A stretch of DNA of 64,000 nt. It comes from Lama glama. Its lineage: Eukaryota. Positions 1-12,779 of the stretch are shown piece by piece. How positions within the stretch are numbered: position 1 is the stretch's first letter; each line of letters starts with the position of its first letter. The notes under the pieces are model-generated. The model was not told the origin of the DNA and did no database searches. It saw only the letters and a program-made list of their open reading frames with translations. A program made the translations under genes and the position numbers. Location: positions 88,910,001 to 88,974,000 of the forward strand of contig CM052816.1 in assembly GCA_028534125.1 (NCBI GenBank), in the 5' to 3' direction.

Positions 1-352
1 CTATATAAAGAAGTGATTTCCAAATAAATATACTGTTTGATTTTATCTTTGACCAATCATTAACCACTTGTAAAACTTGTATATGTAGATATTTGTGATA
101 ATTTATTACCATAGAAATTACCTTTTTTTTTTTTCCTTCTCTGGACTCCCACTCTTGAGATTTAATTTGCATTGTTTGGGAGTTGGGTGGCCGGCTGAGT
201 CTGTCTCTTCAAATGACCCTTCATCAGGATACACCATGGAGAGTGGTCAGACCCAGGTGTTCTATCAAGATTCCCCTAACTGGAATATCAGCGTGGTTGA
301 TCTGTTTACCAGAGTGGTTCTGACTGATCAGTCTTTGTGATATCAGACATAG

Positions 353-998
353 TGCTACAACAAACTGGGGCTAGAGAGGATGGGCATGTCCCAGGTCTTG
401 GTTGAGTCCCTGGGATGTGCCCCACCAAGTGAGCGTCCCGAGCTTTGCAGAAGAAAGAATTCAAGAGCAAGCCATAGTTGAGTGAAAGCAGATTTATCCA
501 GGGAGATGCACATACAGAGACAGAGTGCAGGCCATCTCAAAAGGCCAGAGAGGCCACTTGGCATGGGGATGGGTGTTTAAAGTAAGAGTAGATACACACT
601 CCATAGAGAGAGTGTGGGCCGTCTCGGACGGTGAGGGAGTGAGAGGCCGTGAGGTGCAGCATTGCTAGTTTTTATGGGCTTGGTTATTTCATATACTAGC
701 AAGTGGGGGGATTATTCCAGCCACTTTGAGGAAAGGGCTGGGATTCCCTGGAATTGGGCCACTGCTCACTTTTTGACCTTTTGTGGCTAGCCTTGGAACT
801 GTCATGGTGCCTGTGGGAGTGCCACTTACACTAATACATTATAATGAGCATATAATGAAGCTCAAGTTCAAATGGAAGTCAAATCTCCTGCCATGTTGGG
901 CTCAAAGCCTATTGGGAGTTGAGTTTTCTGCCATCTTGGTGCTAATTGCTGTGTCATTCCTTTAATGGCTGTGCCCTGCACCCTTCCTTCCTGTTTCA
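353..998 (-). mobile_element. ERV1-type solo LTR
   Basis: TG...CA ends and a GC-rich block. Shares atacatta...aatga(a/g)gctcaag...ggaagtcaaatc...ccat with the element at 5641. Confidence 0.75.
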
Positions 999-3061
999 GT
1001 AAGACCTGCCTTGGCCATGCTTGAGCTTGCTAGTTCACACAGGGTAACTAGAGGTTTGCAGCATTAAAACCAATTCTTGTTAGGGAACCAATAATGGTCA
1101 CATTCCTTTATTAAGAACTAATTCTGCCAGAATGTCCCTGATAGACATGAATTTGGGAAGTAGTCATTCATAAACTCCATTGTTCTTGTAGTATATATTT
1201 ACTAACTGCTTTTTATGCATCATATACATACTGTTCTTAGCTGTAGGAATACAGAGGAGAACAAGATAGGTTAATATTTGATCTCCCAGAGCAGCTGAAT
1301 GAAATGGAAACTGATCTGTCAACAAGTGATAATTTTCAGCCACTGTGAATGTCAATATAATAGGCAAAAGTAACAATTAATTTGAATTGCTAATATACTC
1401 TTCATTGCCTACAGCAAAATTTGTTTTAGCTGGCTTAAGCAAAACATGACTTTCTTAAAGGGCCTCAGCTTGCTTGGAGAATCCCCAGGAGAGCCGGAGA
1501 AATAGTGCATTGGCTGTTCAGCAGGACCATTGGAAGCCCTCCCGCTGGGCCGCCCTCTACATGATCCAACTGCTTCCGGCCACACACCTGCAGTTCTCAG
1601 CAGGGAATGGGTGCCTAGATGCTTTATAGGGAGTTTTACTCTTCCTTCTCCTGAATGCTTGAGGCTGCTCTGACACACTCGCTACCCTTCCTAATATATT
1701 TATTTCATGAACATTGTCCTTATTCAAACAGCTCTTCTCTAACTGAAAGTCTCAAGCCAGTGGGTCTGATTAGGAGTTAGTAGGTACTTTGCTTATTCCT
1801 GGTAACTAGAAAAGACTGAAGTCACTGAATATAAAACATATTGACAATTCTCCTACCACTCCATTGATTAACTTATGGCATAAATCAGGAGTCATCTATG
1901 ACATCTCCTCTGTGTTCCAGGTAACCTGCTAGCTGCTTGCTTTATCACCAGGTGCACCCTCCTCATTGCCAAGATACTCAGATACCATAAGATATTTTAT
2001 TCAATTTGCTATTGAAATCCATTCAGTCTGATTTCACTTATTGTTTGTCAAGGCCCCTGACAGAGAATTTATTTTCATGACGTTCTCCTCTTTTTCAAAC
2101 CTTTACTTTTCTCAGGTGCTCAAACTCCCACCTTAACAAACATATTCAAGTCTTTCTCCTAAAGCCCTATAGTTGAGTACATATCTATCTTTAATAATTT
2201 GATAATTCAATAGGACTGTTCTTTCCAAAGATTTCCATCTACTGGTTTAACCATGTTTATTGAACATTTCTTGTGTGTCAGGCACTATTCTAGGTACTGA
2301 GACTACGGAAGCTGGAAAAAAAAAATATTTCTACTCTCAGAGAGCCTGCATTCTCATACTAATAATTGTATAACACAATGATTTGAATTAATCTTTCATA
2401 AAATTTTACATCTTTTTAAATGTTTCTCTCAACTTTTCACATTACTCCTTCTAAATTGTCTTTTTATTTATTCTGTTTGAATAGTACAGTACTATCCTGG
2501 GACCCCAAAATTGGTCTTTCCAAAATTCAAATATCCAGGATCATGTTCCCTGCCTTATTGCCTTTTCCTCTACATTTCTCCCTTCCATGTTTCATCTCAG
2601 ACAGGCTTGCCAAACAATTTTTAGAGGATCAATCGTAAATATAAATTTATCTTCGCCTTTCTGTATTTATAAATAGTGGTTAGATGGATCTAATTTCATG
2701 TTCCATCTAAAACTCAATAGGTCAAAGCTTGAAGTTATCAGCTCTGCCACTCAAATAGCTCCTTTACCCTTTAAACTTAGAGACATGTTCCAACCTTCTT
2801 TTCCATTCCTGTGCTATCCACTCTTCATCTTGTCAGACCATCTAATTCATCATTATGTCCTGATGATGCTTTCTTTAGAATGTCTTCTATTTGCTGCTCC
2901 TTTCTAGATCTGCAGGGTGTGTGGTCCAGAAGGAGGGAACTTGGAGGAAAATTTTACATAAAATACTGTTTGAGCCGACTTTTGAAATAAAAATTCAGTA
3001 GTTAGATGTATTTCTTGAGTAGGTTGGGCTAGAATAAACTATCATATGGACCTATGTGTTC

Positions 3062-3062
3062 C

Positions 3063-3120
<58 letters not shown>

Positions 3121-3124
3121 TTAT
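3062..3124. repeat. (TCTA)n microsatellite
   Basis: Direct tandem ctat/tcta repeats. Confidence 0.97.
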
Positions 3125-3209
3125 CTGTCTACATGCACATATAATGTCTCAAACACTGTGGAAGTGTTTTTCTCAATCAAGCTATAGTTGTGTGCTATCA
3201 AAGTCAATA

Positions 3210-3420
3210 GGCAACTCTTCTCCCTGGCCAGTTCAGAGACCCAGGCCCATCCCTCAGGTCTATACTGTCTAAATTTGAGGGGAACAAGAGCACAAACCCT
3301 CTTCTTAAAAAGTCTTGACTCAGACATGGCCCGTATCTGTTGCGTCTCATTTCCTTGACTAGAATCAGGAATGTGTCTACATAGCATTGCAAGAAAATCT
3401 GGGAAATGGAGTCTCAAGGG
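3210..3420 (-). mobile_element. MLT1-family (MaLR) LTR fragment
   Basis: ctcatttccttgactagaatcagg...gcaagaaaatctgggaaatggagt resembles the MLT1 reverse-strand motif. Confidence 0.5.
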
Positions 3421-3913
3421 AAAGATTCACAATTGTGAAGACCAGCTGAGCAGACTGTCCTACAAGGGAAAAGGAAAGAGACATTCCAAGGCAGAAGAAA
3501 TTGTGCGCAAGTGAAAGCAGAAAGCAGAGCCTGGGAGGGAAATGAGAACATGGTCAGAGATGTTAGACTATTAATAGGTGCTTGTTGATTAAGTTTCAGG
3601 AACTGCGAAGGTGCTGTAAGAGAAGATGTTACTGTACTGAGAGAAGGTGGACTAGTGGGTCCGGACCTTAATTATTATGCTGAGGAGTGTGAATGCAGTA
3701 TCTGATTAACAGAAGCACACTTAAGACATTTAAGTGAAGAAGCATCACCACTAGTTTTTGTTGAAGAAGGAAAAATTTTGTGGCATTTATAGGATGACCT
3801 GGCTAGAGAAGAAGATTCTTGTTCAAGGCAGTTATTCTCCTGCCAGGAACTTCATGGAAGCAAATTTTTCTTTATAGTATCTTTGTTTTCAACATGGAAC
3901 TTAGCATAGTAAC

Positions 3914-4290
3914 AGTTATGAGCTGAAATATGTCCCCTGAAAACTGATATGTTGGAGACCTAACCCCCAGTACCTCAGAATTTGACTCTATTTGGAAATT
4001 AGGCTTTTAAGAGGTAATTAAGTTGAAATAGGGTTTTGGGGGTGGGCTTTAATCCAGTATGGCTGGTGTCCTCAAAAGAAGAGGAGATAAGGACACAGAC
4101 AGTGCAGAGGAAATACCAGGCAGAGACAGAGGAGGTGGTGGCCGTCTACAAGTCAAGGAGAGAGGCCTAGAGGGAAACCTGCAGACACCTTGACCTCTGT
4201 CTTCCAGCCTCCAGGACTGTGAGAAAATACAGTTCTGTGAAGTCACCCCATCTGTGGTATTTGTGATGATGGCCCTAGCAAACTAATACA
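3914..4290 (+). mobile_element. MLT1A/B-like MaLR solo LTR
   Basis: gttatgagctgaa...cctaacccccagtacctcagaa...cttccagcctccaggactgtgagaaaata...gccctagcaaactaataca. Confidence 0.9.
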
Positions 4291-4664
4291 GTGGCATTCA
4301 CTCATCAGGAGTTTAACAAATATTATAAATTTAACCTAAATCCAATCTGTACTAACTAACCTTTCCTCTGTCTCGGTCCCAAGTCCATCATCAACTACCC
4401 CAACTTTCCTATCTGATGACCAAATTATCTCTTAGTCTCAATGTCAAATTGGTATTAGGCCCTGAATGAGACTGAACACTGGGAAATAATTAATGGTTTA
4501 GGAAAATTAAGTGTTAGTAATTAAAGGACTCAAACCTTTGCTAATTACCTCTATAACCATCCACCTGTTTCTTTCTTCAATATGATTCAGTAGACACCCC
4601 AACAATCATGCATGTACAATGAAATCAGAATGTATTTCAAGAGAGGGTGGAGTCACAGAGAGAC

Positions 4665-4850
4665 TTTTGAGCCAGTGTATCTAGTTTACAGTTAGCCTCT
4701 GTCACTTAATGGTTACAAGTTTGAGAGAGATTTAGTCAGCTTTTGGAAACATCCTTTTTTTTCCAAAATATGGAACAGATATGATTAGTCCACAGGGTTG
4801 GTATTAGGATTAAATAAAACAAATTTTGGACGTCTCTAGCACCTGGTATA
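4665..4850 (+). mobile_element. MIR SINE remnant
   Basis: ctctgtcacttaat...cagggttggtattaggattaaat...agcacctgg. Confidence 0.6.
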
Positions 4851-5640
4851 TGAGCTACTGTCCTGTAGGCACCCTTTTTCACTATATTGTACCAAACTGG
4901 TTTTAAACATTATTCAATAAGAATTCTTAGAAAGTAGATTTCACTATAAAATAGAAGTGAAGAAGTACTTAGCATGTATAGAAATCCTTAAAACAGGTTT
5001 CATTCATTACTTGAAATATATCAGTAGAAATAGATACAGAAATTTATCATTAAAACATGTTTTATAACACTTAGTGTTCCTCTGCATAGTGTTTATAAAT
5101 GTAAAAACTTACTATATTTTAGATAAAAGTACTGTTATTATCAAATAAAAAAATATATTACAATAGTTAGGAACCAAGAAAGAAAAAAAATTAATTGCTT
5201 AACGTGACTGCCTTAGCAGAGTTTAATCCCTAGAGGGTCTCCATTTATATTTTGAGTGTTGATTCTGTTTGTCAATTTTATGTTCACTTCTGGCTCTCCA
5301 TCTGTGTAGCTTTGGTTTTTAATACCCTGAATAATTAAAAAACAAAGTTTTTTTTAAAATTCCAATTATATTAAGAATTAAGTAGTGTCTTGCTTCTTCA
5401 TAGGTATGTGATAGGAATTAAATCTGGGTTCTAGGGAGATATATTTATACCTGAAGAGCTCAAGCTGTATTGATGGCAATCAGCTGCACAAGGCCAGAGA
5501 ACTGGTAAATGCTGAAACTTGCCAAGATGCATTGGCAAAGTTTCCTCAGCCTGACAGTCTTAGTGTGATGCCCTCCCAGTTAGAAACTGGAGATGGCAGC
5601 TGTGGGTCAGAATCTAGAAGCAAAGACCCCAGAGTTGTAT

Positions 5641-6300
5641 TGTTAGCAGGTGGAGGGTCCCCTACAGGAAGCCCACCAAAGTGTGGGTTCTTGCCGCCAG
5701 CTGTGAAGGAGTTTGCACAGCAGAGGTAGGGGGATGAAGTGAAGAGCTGCTTTATTGCTCAGAAGGGGAAATAGATGGCAAGTGCTGGAGTGAGGAAAAG
5801 GTGCTGGAGCGGAGAGCCGTCAGCCAGGATGGGGAGTAGGGACAGCTCCAGCCCAAGTCAGGCCATGTGGACTTTCAGGGGAGGCTTCTGCCATCGTGTC
5901 TTCCTTCCAGGTGTGATGGATCCAATCACTCCTTGTCTGAGCTTTTCAGTCCTCTTGTGGGCTTTTGCAGTTGTTGTCATGGCAATTATCAACAGTCGTG
6001 GTGCTGGTGGGTGTGTCATTTAGCATGCTGATACATTACTGTGAGTGCTTAATGAGGCTCAAGGTCCACTGGAAGTCAAATCCTCCACCATCTTGGACTC
6101 CGTGGGTTCTAACTGGTTCTTGTTTCTTTTTTGCAGCTGACTCCTGAGACTTAGATAAGAACAATTGGTTTCTAGTCCAGGGAGAGGCAAGGGTATGATC
6201 CTAGGGGCAACAGGCTTGGTAACAAGAAGGACTGTAGCTTCTAACCAGAAAGGCTGCAATCTGATAGGATCAGCATCCACCCTCCAAAAAAATCTCCAAA
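5641..6300 (-). mobile_element. ERV1-type LTR related to the element at 353-998 (right end approximate)
   Basis: Starts tgttag, has tttatt (minus-strand polyA signal) at ~5751, and shares an internal block with the first LTR. Confidence 0.7.
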
Positions 6301-8755
6301 GATTCTCTTCAGCCCTGAAACTTCTAAAGGGAATTAGGGAAGTAATCTTGGTTAATTGTTGAGATAGGTGGTCAGAGTCATCCCCATCCCCCAGGGCCTG
6401 TAGGCTTGTCCTCATTAATGGCTTGAGCCTGCACTTTTAATGACTCTGGGAGGCCTGGGAGACCAGCTTTTCTATAAACAAGAGGCAGAAGTTGAGCGGG
6501 GGTGCCCACAGGGTTCTCCTCCCTTTCAGTATGACCATGGCTTGTCCACCTAAGCCATCTGCATGTCGGTTTACCCATCTGTAAATGGCAATACTGATAT
6601 CTCACACTACAAAAACTACGTGTATAAAGTGTTTAATGCTACATTCGCCACAGAGGTGCCCAATAAACTGAATTTTCTATAACGTGGCAGGAATTAAGTA
6701 CTATTTTTCTTCATAGAGCACAGTTAATATTTGTTCAGTTTTCAGCCAAATTCTAAATTTTAAAAGACCGGATCTTTTGATTTTACAACTGACTTATTGC
6801 ATGCCTTCTGTGAAGCCTTTGTTTACTAAAAAAAGCACAAATGTTTTAAAAAAGTCTTCAGCATTTTAATCTCCCCAGTTACTTTTGTCCCCTCCACAGA
6901 AGGGTTCTAAGCATTTGAAGTAATCAAATGTTCAAGAAGATTGTGTGAGGAATAACACAACTGTTGAGTTTTTTATAAGAAACATCTGTATCAAAAATAT
7001 TTGTAAAATAGGGGTTCATTTGGAATGAGCTCTATTACTAAACGACTTTGCTGAATAAATAGATACTAGTCTTAGCATAAACACTTCACACGTTAGCCTT
7101 CATTTAAAATTATAGTAAAACGTTTTCTTTACAATGACACTCTCACCTTGGGCTAACTAACAGTGTCATTTCCTTTATTTGAGTTTGGATAAATACCCCA
7201 GTTACTGCAAAACTGCCCCCTTGTGTCCACGCAAATTATGGTCACAAGTAGCTCAGTCTGTCTCTTCAGCACATCATGCTGGTGGGAACACACAGAAGCT
7301 ACATTGGTTTCCTTCTGTCTCCCACTTCTCGTTAGGAAATTTGTAAGACATTTTTAAATCAGTGAGAAAAAAGGGAAAATGTAACAAAGTCATTCAGCTT
7401 AGACCCGGCTGCCAATAATTATTAGTTTGTCATTTACATCAATGATTTCCATTATTGGGTTAAATAATTAAATCCACCGAATTAATGATTCAGGAAATAG
7501 GTGCTTGTGTCACAACCTGCGAAAAATACAGTATGCAACGGGCTCATACCTCTAAAGTGAGGGAAAGCTGCTCTTCCTCTGTCTCTGTTCACCTCTTTTC
7601 TTAATAGTAACTTAAGTTACTAAGTTACTTTTCTTAATAGTAATTTAAGTTACTATTAAGAGCGTGGTCATTTATTTGATCCACCTTCTCCTTAAGTTGT
7701 GTCCCCCTGGGTGGACGAGGGGCGCGAAGTGCAGTGTGGCTTTTCCACCTTGCAGAGAGGCAGGCAGTCTCCTCCAGGAATTTTGAATGAAAACTGGGGA
7801 GAGTTGGAGACTGCAAAGGAGAATATCCCAGTGTCCCTGCGGAGAGAGACTGGATGAGAACACGTTCAGAGAAAGGAACCAGATCTCTCAGCGAAGCGAT
7901 GGAAGGGCATTTGTGTTATTTTACACTCTCCTCCAGAACATCAATATTTTATGAGCTTCTCCCTTGGGAAATGATAGAAGATTCTATCTCCACTAAGTAA
8001 AAATGAGTGTAACTCCCTTTGAGGGATTGTCTGTTACTATCTAGATAGTGGGAAAATTACTAATACTTGCACTTTTCAAGGAAATTCTTTCTTATTACTT
8101 TTCTTTTTTCCACCCCTACATCTGAGGAAAAAAAAAAAAAAGCAAAAGCAAAGCAGCAAAAGAAGAATCAAATAATATATTTTATCAATGGTCCATTATG
8201 CTTATAACTGTCCTGTATTACAGCATGTTGGGTAAAAAACAATTTGATAGTTTTCCAATTAGAAAAGTGGCAACTTTCAATGAATGAATTTGCAACTCAA
8301 AAGAAATACTAAATATTGTATTACTGCTTACACACATTTTTATTCCTGAAACAGTAGGATTGGTTAAATAGTGTCAATAGATTTGTGTCATGACCTTGTA
8401 TAGCCTGTACTAAATGTTTCTTAAAAATTATTCATATGCTTCCTAAAAATAATGGGGCAGTGACAGTAAGAGTGAGAGGAACAACAGTAAAAGAAACAAG
8501 AAGAGAGAAATGGAAAAGAGCTAACTGACAAAGGTCTAAATTGTGGAATTGCTAATTAAAACCATACTGAGTCATATTATCATTTGGCAACCTAATGATG
8601 AAAAAAATAGTTTAGGTAACTTGGTAGGGAAGGGAGATAACTTCATCCTTCCAAATTTAAAAGAAATTATGTGTGTTGATTATTTTCTTCAAATGGAGAT
8701 AGCCAAAAACAAACATGTAAGGATTTTACGTTATAAAATATTAGACAAAATAAGC

Positions 8756-8855
8756 CTACTTCTCTTTTAACAGAAATTGTGCTATTTGGCCATTTGTGGT
8801 GGAACATGGTTCAAATTTCATGATTTTCCAGTTAGATGGGACCTTCTTGAGAAAT
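8756..8855 (-). pseudogene. Candidate terminal coding exon
   Basis: Pyrimidine tract atttttctttgttttt with the AG apparently mutated to AA. Phase 2 reading (R)FLKKVPSNWKIMKFEPCSTTNGQIAQFLLKEK*. The original stop may lie further on. Confidence 0.4.
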
Positions 8856-9584
8856 TTTAAAAACAAAGAAAAATATAAAGAATACTAAAACATCTGTTTA
8901 ATACTCATAAAGGGTTTAAACTTTTATTTTTCTGAAAATCATCCTCTGGAAATGTATGTGTCTATTGTTATGTACATGTTCAAAGATGAGGGTTATATCA
9001 TATTGAACAAAACTGAACAATTTTTTGATGTTTTGATTCTAGTACATTTTTCTTTAACTTACACAATTTGAGAAATTCAAAAGGAAATGGAAGAGGAAAA
9101 TGTATGCAACTAAGGAATAGTTTTGCCAAGTGATATGCTATGATGTTAACTTTTAAAGACAATTTCTTGCTGAATTATTTCATGAATAAAAAATTATTTC
9201 ATTATTTTAATTAAAGAGAAATTAAAAAAAAAACTCAGGCTCCTTATAGCCATATGTTTTGTGATCCTCTTTTTCTACTTTTCCTCCCTATTTTTCCATC
9301 TTCAAAAAGAAGCTAACACCAGGAAAAAGTCAGCTGGTAAATTCCTAGGACTGGCTAAGCTGAGCCCCATGATGAGGGAACATTTATACTAAAAGTATCA
9401 ATTTTTCTCCCCAAGGCACATTTCTTCTATCACAATTAAAATGTGGAATTATTAGTTTTATTACCAAAAAATAGCATCACTCACTCAAAACCATTTGTAT
9501 TCTGCCATAAATATTTCAGTCACTTTCATCTCTATAAACTACTTTTCATTATAATGCATATGATATACAAGAAAATACAGGATT

Positions 9585-10045
9585 TGTCAACTGGAAAAAA
9601 AAAAGTGCACAAAGTGAGAGCCATGAGTTCAGTTTTATTGAGGGCTTACTGAGGACGATAGCCGGGGAGAGAGCCTCTCAGATGGCTCTGAAGAACTGCT
9701 CCAAAGAGGTGGGGGTGAAGGTCAGTACATTAGTGGTCTTGGTGAAGGAGGAGCGTGCGATCAAGCATGCATCTCGGTGGAAGGCTGCTGCTGGTCATGA
9801 AGCACAGATGTCTCCATGAATGATTTTAATGCTTTTCTAGGTATGAGAACAGGCAAGAAACTGGGTTCATAAAATTTTCTCCTGATTATGTCTGACTATC
9901 TGAAGGCCTATTCTGCCAGGTTTTCCCAAAGCACAGAGTGCCTCATTCCTCATCTCTGCCCCAGACTCCTTCCAGAATGTGGCTACAGTGGCTCGTGACT
10001 TCATTCTTGTAGAACCAGGTGTCGGGCAGCATTCTTTAGTTGGCA
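9585..10045 (-). mobile_element. ERV1 solo LTR, MER41-like (laurasiatherian type)
   Basis: tgtcaact...gttggca termini and a 4-bp near-TSD gatt/gact. agcctctcagatggctctgaagaactgctcc core. Confidence 0.8.
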
Positions 10046-10656
10046 GACTATTTACTCCTTCTGGCATGTGCCTTATATTTTACTAATTTCTGCATCTTTA
10101 TCTTTCCTCATCCTACTTCCAATACTGAAATTTATGAATACTTCAAACCTTATCTGAATTGTATTTCTTCCCTGGATACTGCTGCAACCACATTAGTCAA
10201 TATTAATATTTAGTTTCTCAAGAATCCCTTTGTGCATTATTTATACGTAATTTTAGGTGCCTATCACAGTATGCCTTGTATTATATTGTCAGCTCCATAT
10301 TTATAAATTTGCTCAAACAAGCTATGATGGTAATATGCATCAGAATATAAGTATACAATAAATTATGCTATTATGATTTTTCTTCATTTGATTTACTTGA
10401 AAATATTGCTAGGAATTGGCTACTGTAGACTTATTTGAACCATCCTCTAAGAAAAGGTGTCATGCTTTTATGCTTTGGCTCCTTCACCAAGTGCGAACTC
10501 CATGGTTCCTTAGTTGGTGCAATAGATTAATTTTAATGATTCAATTTTTAAAATCAGTTCTTGAGCTCAGTTTGTTTTTTTAATATAATCTGCATTTGCA
10601 GTAGCAACCCAGAAGGACTATGTTCAAGTTTTGTCCTGTTCTCAGCATGTGCTTAC

Positions 10657-10727
10657 CTAAGAAAAGAGCATAAATTATTCTCACTTATGCATAGGAACTC
10701 AGTAGAAAGAATAAAGTGCAAATGCTC
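10657..10727 (-). pseudogene. Relic exon (71 nt, phase 0-2), intact splice sites
   Basis: attttctccacag| ... tag|gtaagc. Open frame EHLHFILSTEFLCISENNLCSFL. Confidence 0.6.
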
Positions 10728-12169
10728 CTGTGGAGAAAATTGACAGAATTGGAAATTTAAATGATGTAATTCTACTCCTAACATGTAGCCAATTTTACTG
10801 ACTACTCTTATCAGTTCTTTTCAAAAAACAGTCACCAAATGACAGTCACCACAGAGTGAATGTGTGTAACACTCCGGTAAAGACAGGAAGTCTTAACATT
10901 CTTGTTCATATTTAAAAATATTCTTGAATTATACGTTTAATATAATGTATCATATATGTTTTAATAAAAATACATTTCTATTTCCTGAATATTTCTTAAA
11001 GTAAAATAGACTTGCAAGATGGTGTACTGTGTTTATTCGATTTGTCCTGACTGCAGAGATTTTTTTCCTTTGTAAAATGGGGAAATTTGATACTTTCTAA
11101 GGCACTTTTTTTCCTACTCTGTAATTATTCAAAAATCCTTAGGTAAACCTGCTGAATGCTGTATAAATAGAACAAATTCAAGATCATTTCTAGTGATTGT
11201 ACCAAAACATTTGTGATAACATTTAACTTCTTTTACCGTCTGAATATAAAATTGAATATTACATGAACATAATTAAAAGCCTACCCAGAATTTTCACTAT
11301 AGTACTTTTGTGGTTCCTCTACTTTACTCAACCAATTAGTAAGTAATTAGTATTGTCTAAGAACTATTTGAAGCGTTTCTAGCACCATCTCATTTGATTA
11401 CTCTGCCAGTCTGTTGAGATAGACTGTGATGATCGTCTGCATTGTCTGGATCAGGAAGAAGAGACTTAAAAGAACTGAATAACTCCATAAGAACACAGAC
11501 TTATGGAGAATTTTCATAAGAACCTACACTCTTAAAAACTCTGAAAAAGTGTTTTCAGCATATCTCTTTATTTGAGGTGGGGGATCCAGAATATTAAAAG
11601 TCATATTGGTATTTATTTCGCTTTATTTGAAAATGTTGCAATTAAAATTCTATATATTGCCTTAAAAATTGATGGAGAAGTGATGGAGATACTACCAGGA
11701 GTTAGAGAGTAAGTATGAACAGTTGGTAGAATCTCTGGAAATGTGCTTAGGACTCAGTTGATTGGCTTAATTAGTCCTTCAGCATGTCCTACAATTGAGA
11801 TGATTTTGTCATTTATGGTTTTCAGTTTCTATGAGTCTTATTTATAATATAGTGTATATGCGTGAGTTTGTGTGTGTGTGTGAATCATTAGTACATTAAG
11901 ATACAATTGATTAAAAGATTGAAAGCTCAAGAAAACTCTTGTTTCTCTTTAAAACTGCTTCATTCTGTTAACAAAATAATATGAACACATACTTATAAAT
12001 GAGTTAAGAAATGGAATAAAAAGAGGGGATGACAAAATAGAGAAAGAAGGTGAAAAGGATAAAACATCTAATGATTTCTGAAATTTCCTTAAGTTGTTCT
12101 TCATCAGACTTGTAAAATACCGTGTCCTGAAAATGATAACATGACTAATAATTATAAAGCTGTTCCTAC

Positions 12170-12400
12170 TGCCAAGTGCAGTTGTAACTTATTACTACTG
12201 CGAGTTATCTAATTTAATTCCCACAAAATTATGACTCTGGTCTATTAATTTTGTGTTATTAAATATGAGAGAATTGAGGCACAAAGAGGCCATGTAAACT
12301 TGGCCAAGGTCACACAGGAAGTGAAGGAGCTGGACGTTGAATCAGCGTAGTCTGAGTCCAGAGCAAACTAAGCTCATCACTACCATAATGTATTGTTTAA
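12170..12400 (-). mobile_element. MIR SINE
   Basis: gagaattgaggcacaaagagg...acttggccaaggtcacacag...agtctgagtccagagc. Confidence 0.85.
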
Positions 12401-12779
12401 CATTTGATTAAAATTATTGTGTAGCTCATGGGTATCTTTCAAAAATCAATACAAAGATAAGTATTATAATTATAATTGTATTCAAGTTGGGTTTTCATCT
12501 ATTTGACATAAAGTCTATCCACAACAAAAAGGTGTTATTTAGAAGATCATGCTTGTAAATAGCAGCCTAAAACCATCTGTTTTATCAAACTATTTAAAAA
12601 CAAATGTAAAAATAAACCAATTAGTTCTCTAAAGTATAAAACAGCAGAATTCAAAGTATCTGTAGTTATAGCTAAATTTCTAGCTAAATATGAGGGACTG
12701 CATCAATTATCCTTATTATCAATTTACAATAGTAATATATCATGTAACATGCATCAGCTGAGTTAAGAATTAAATAATA

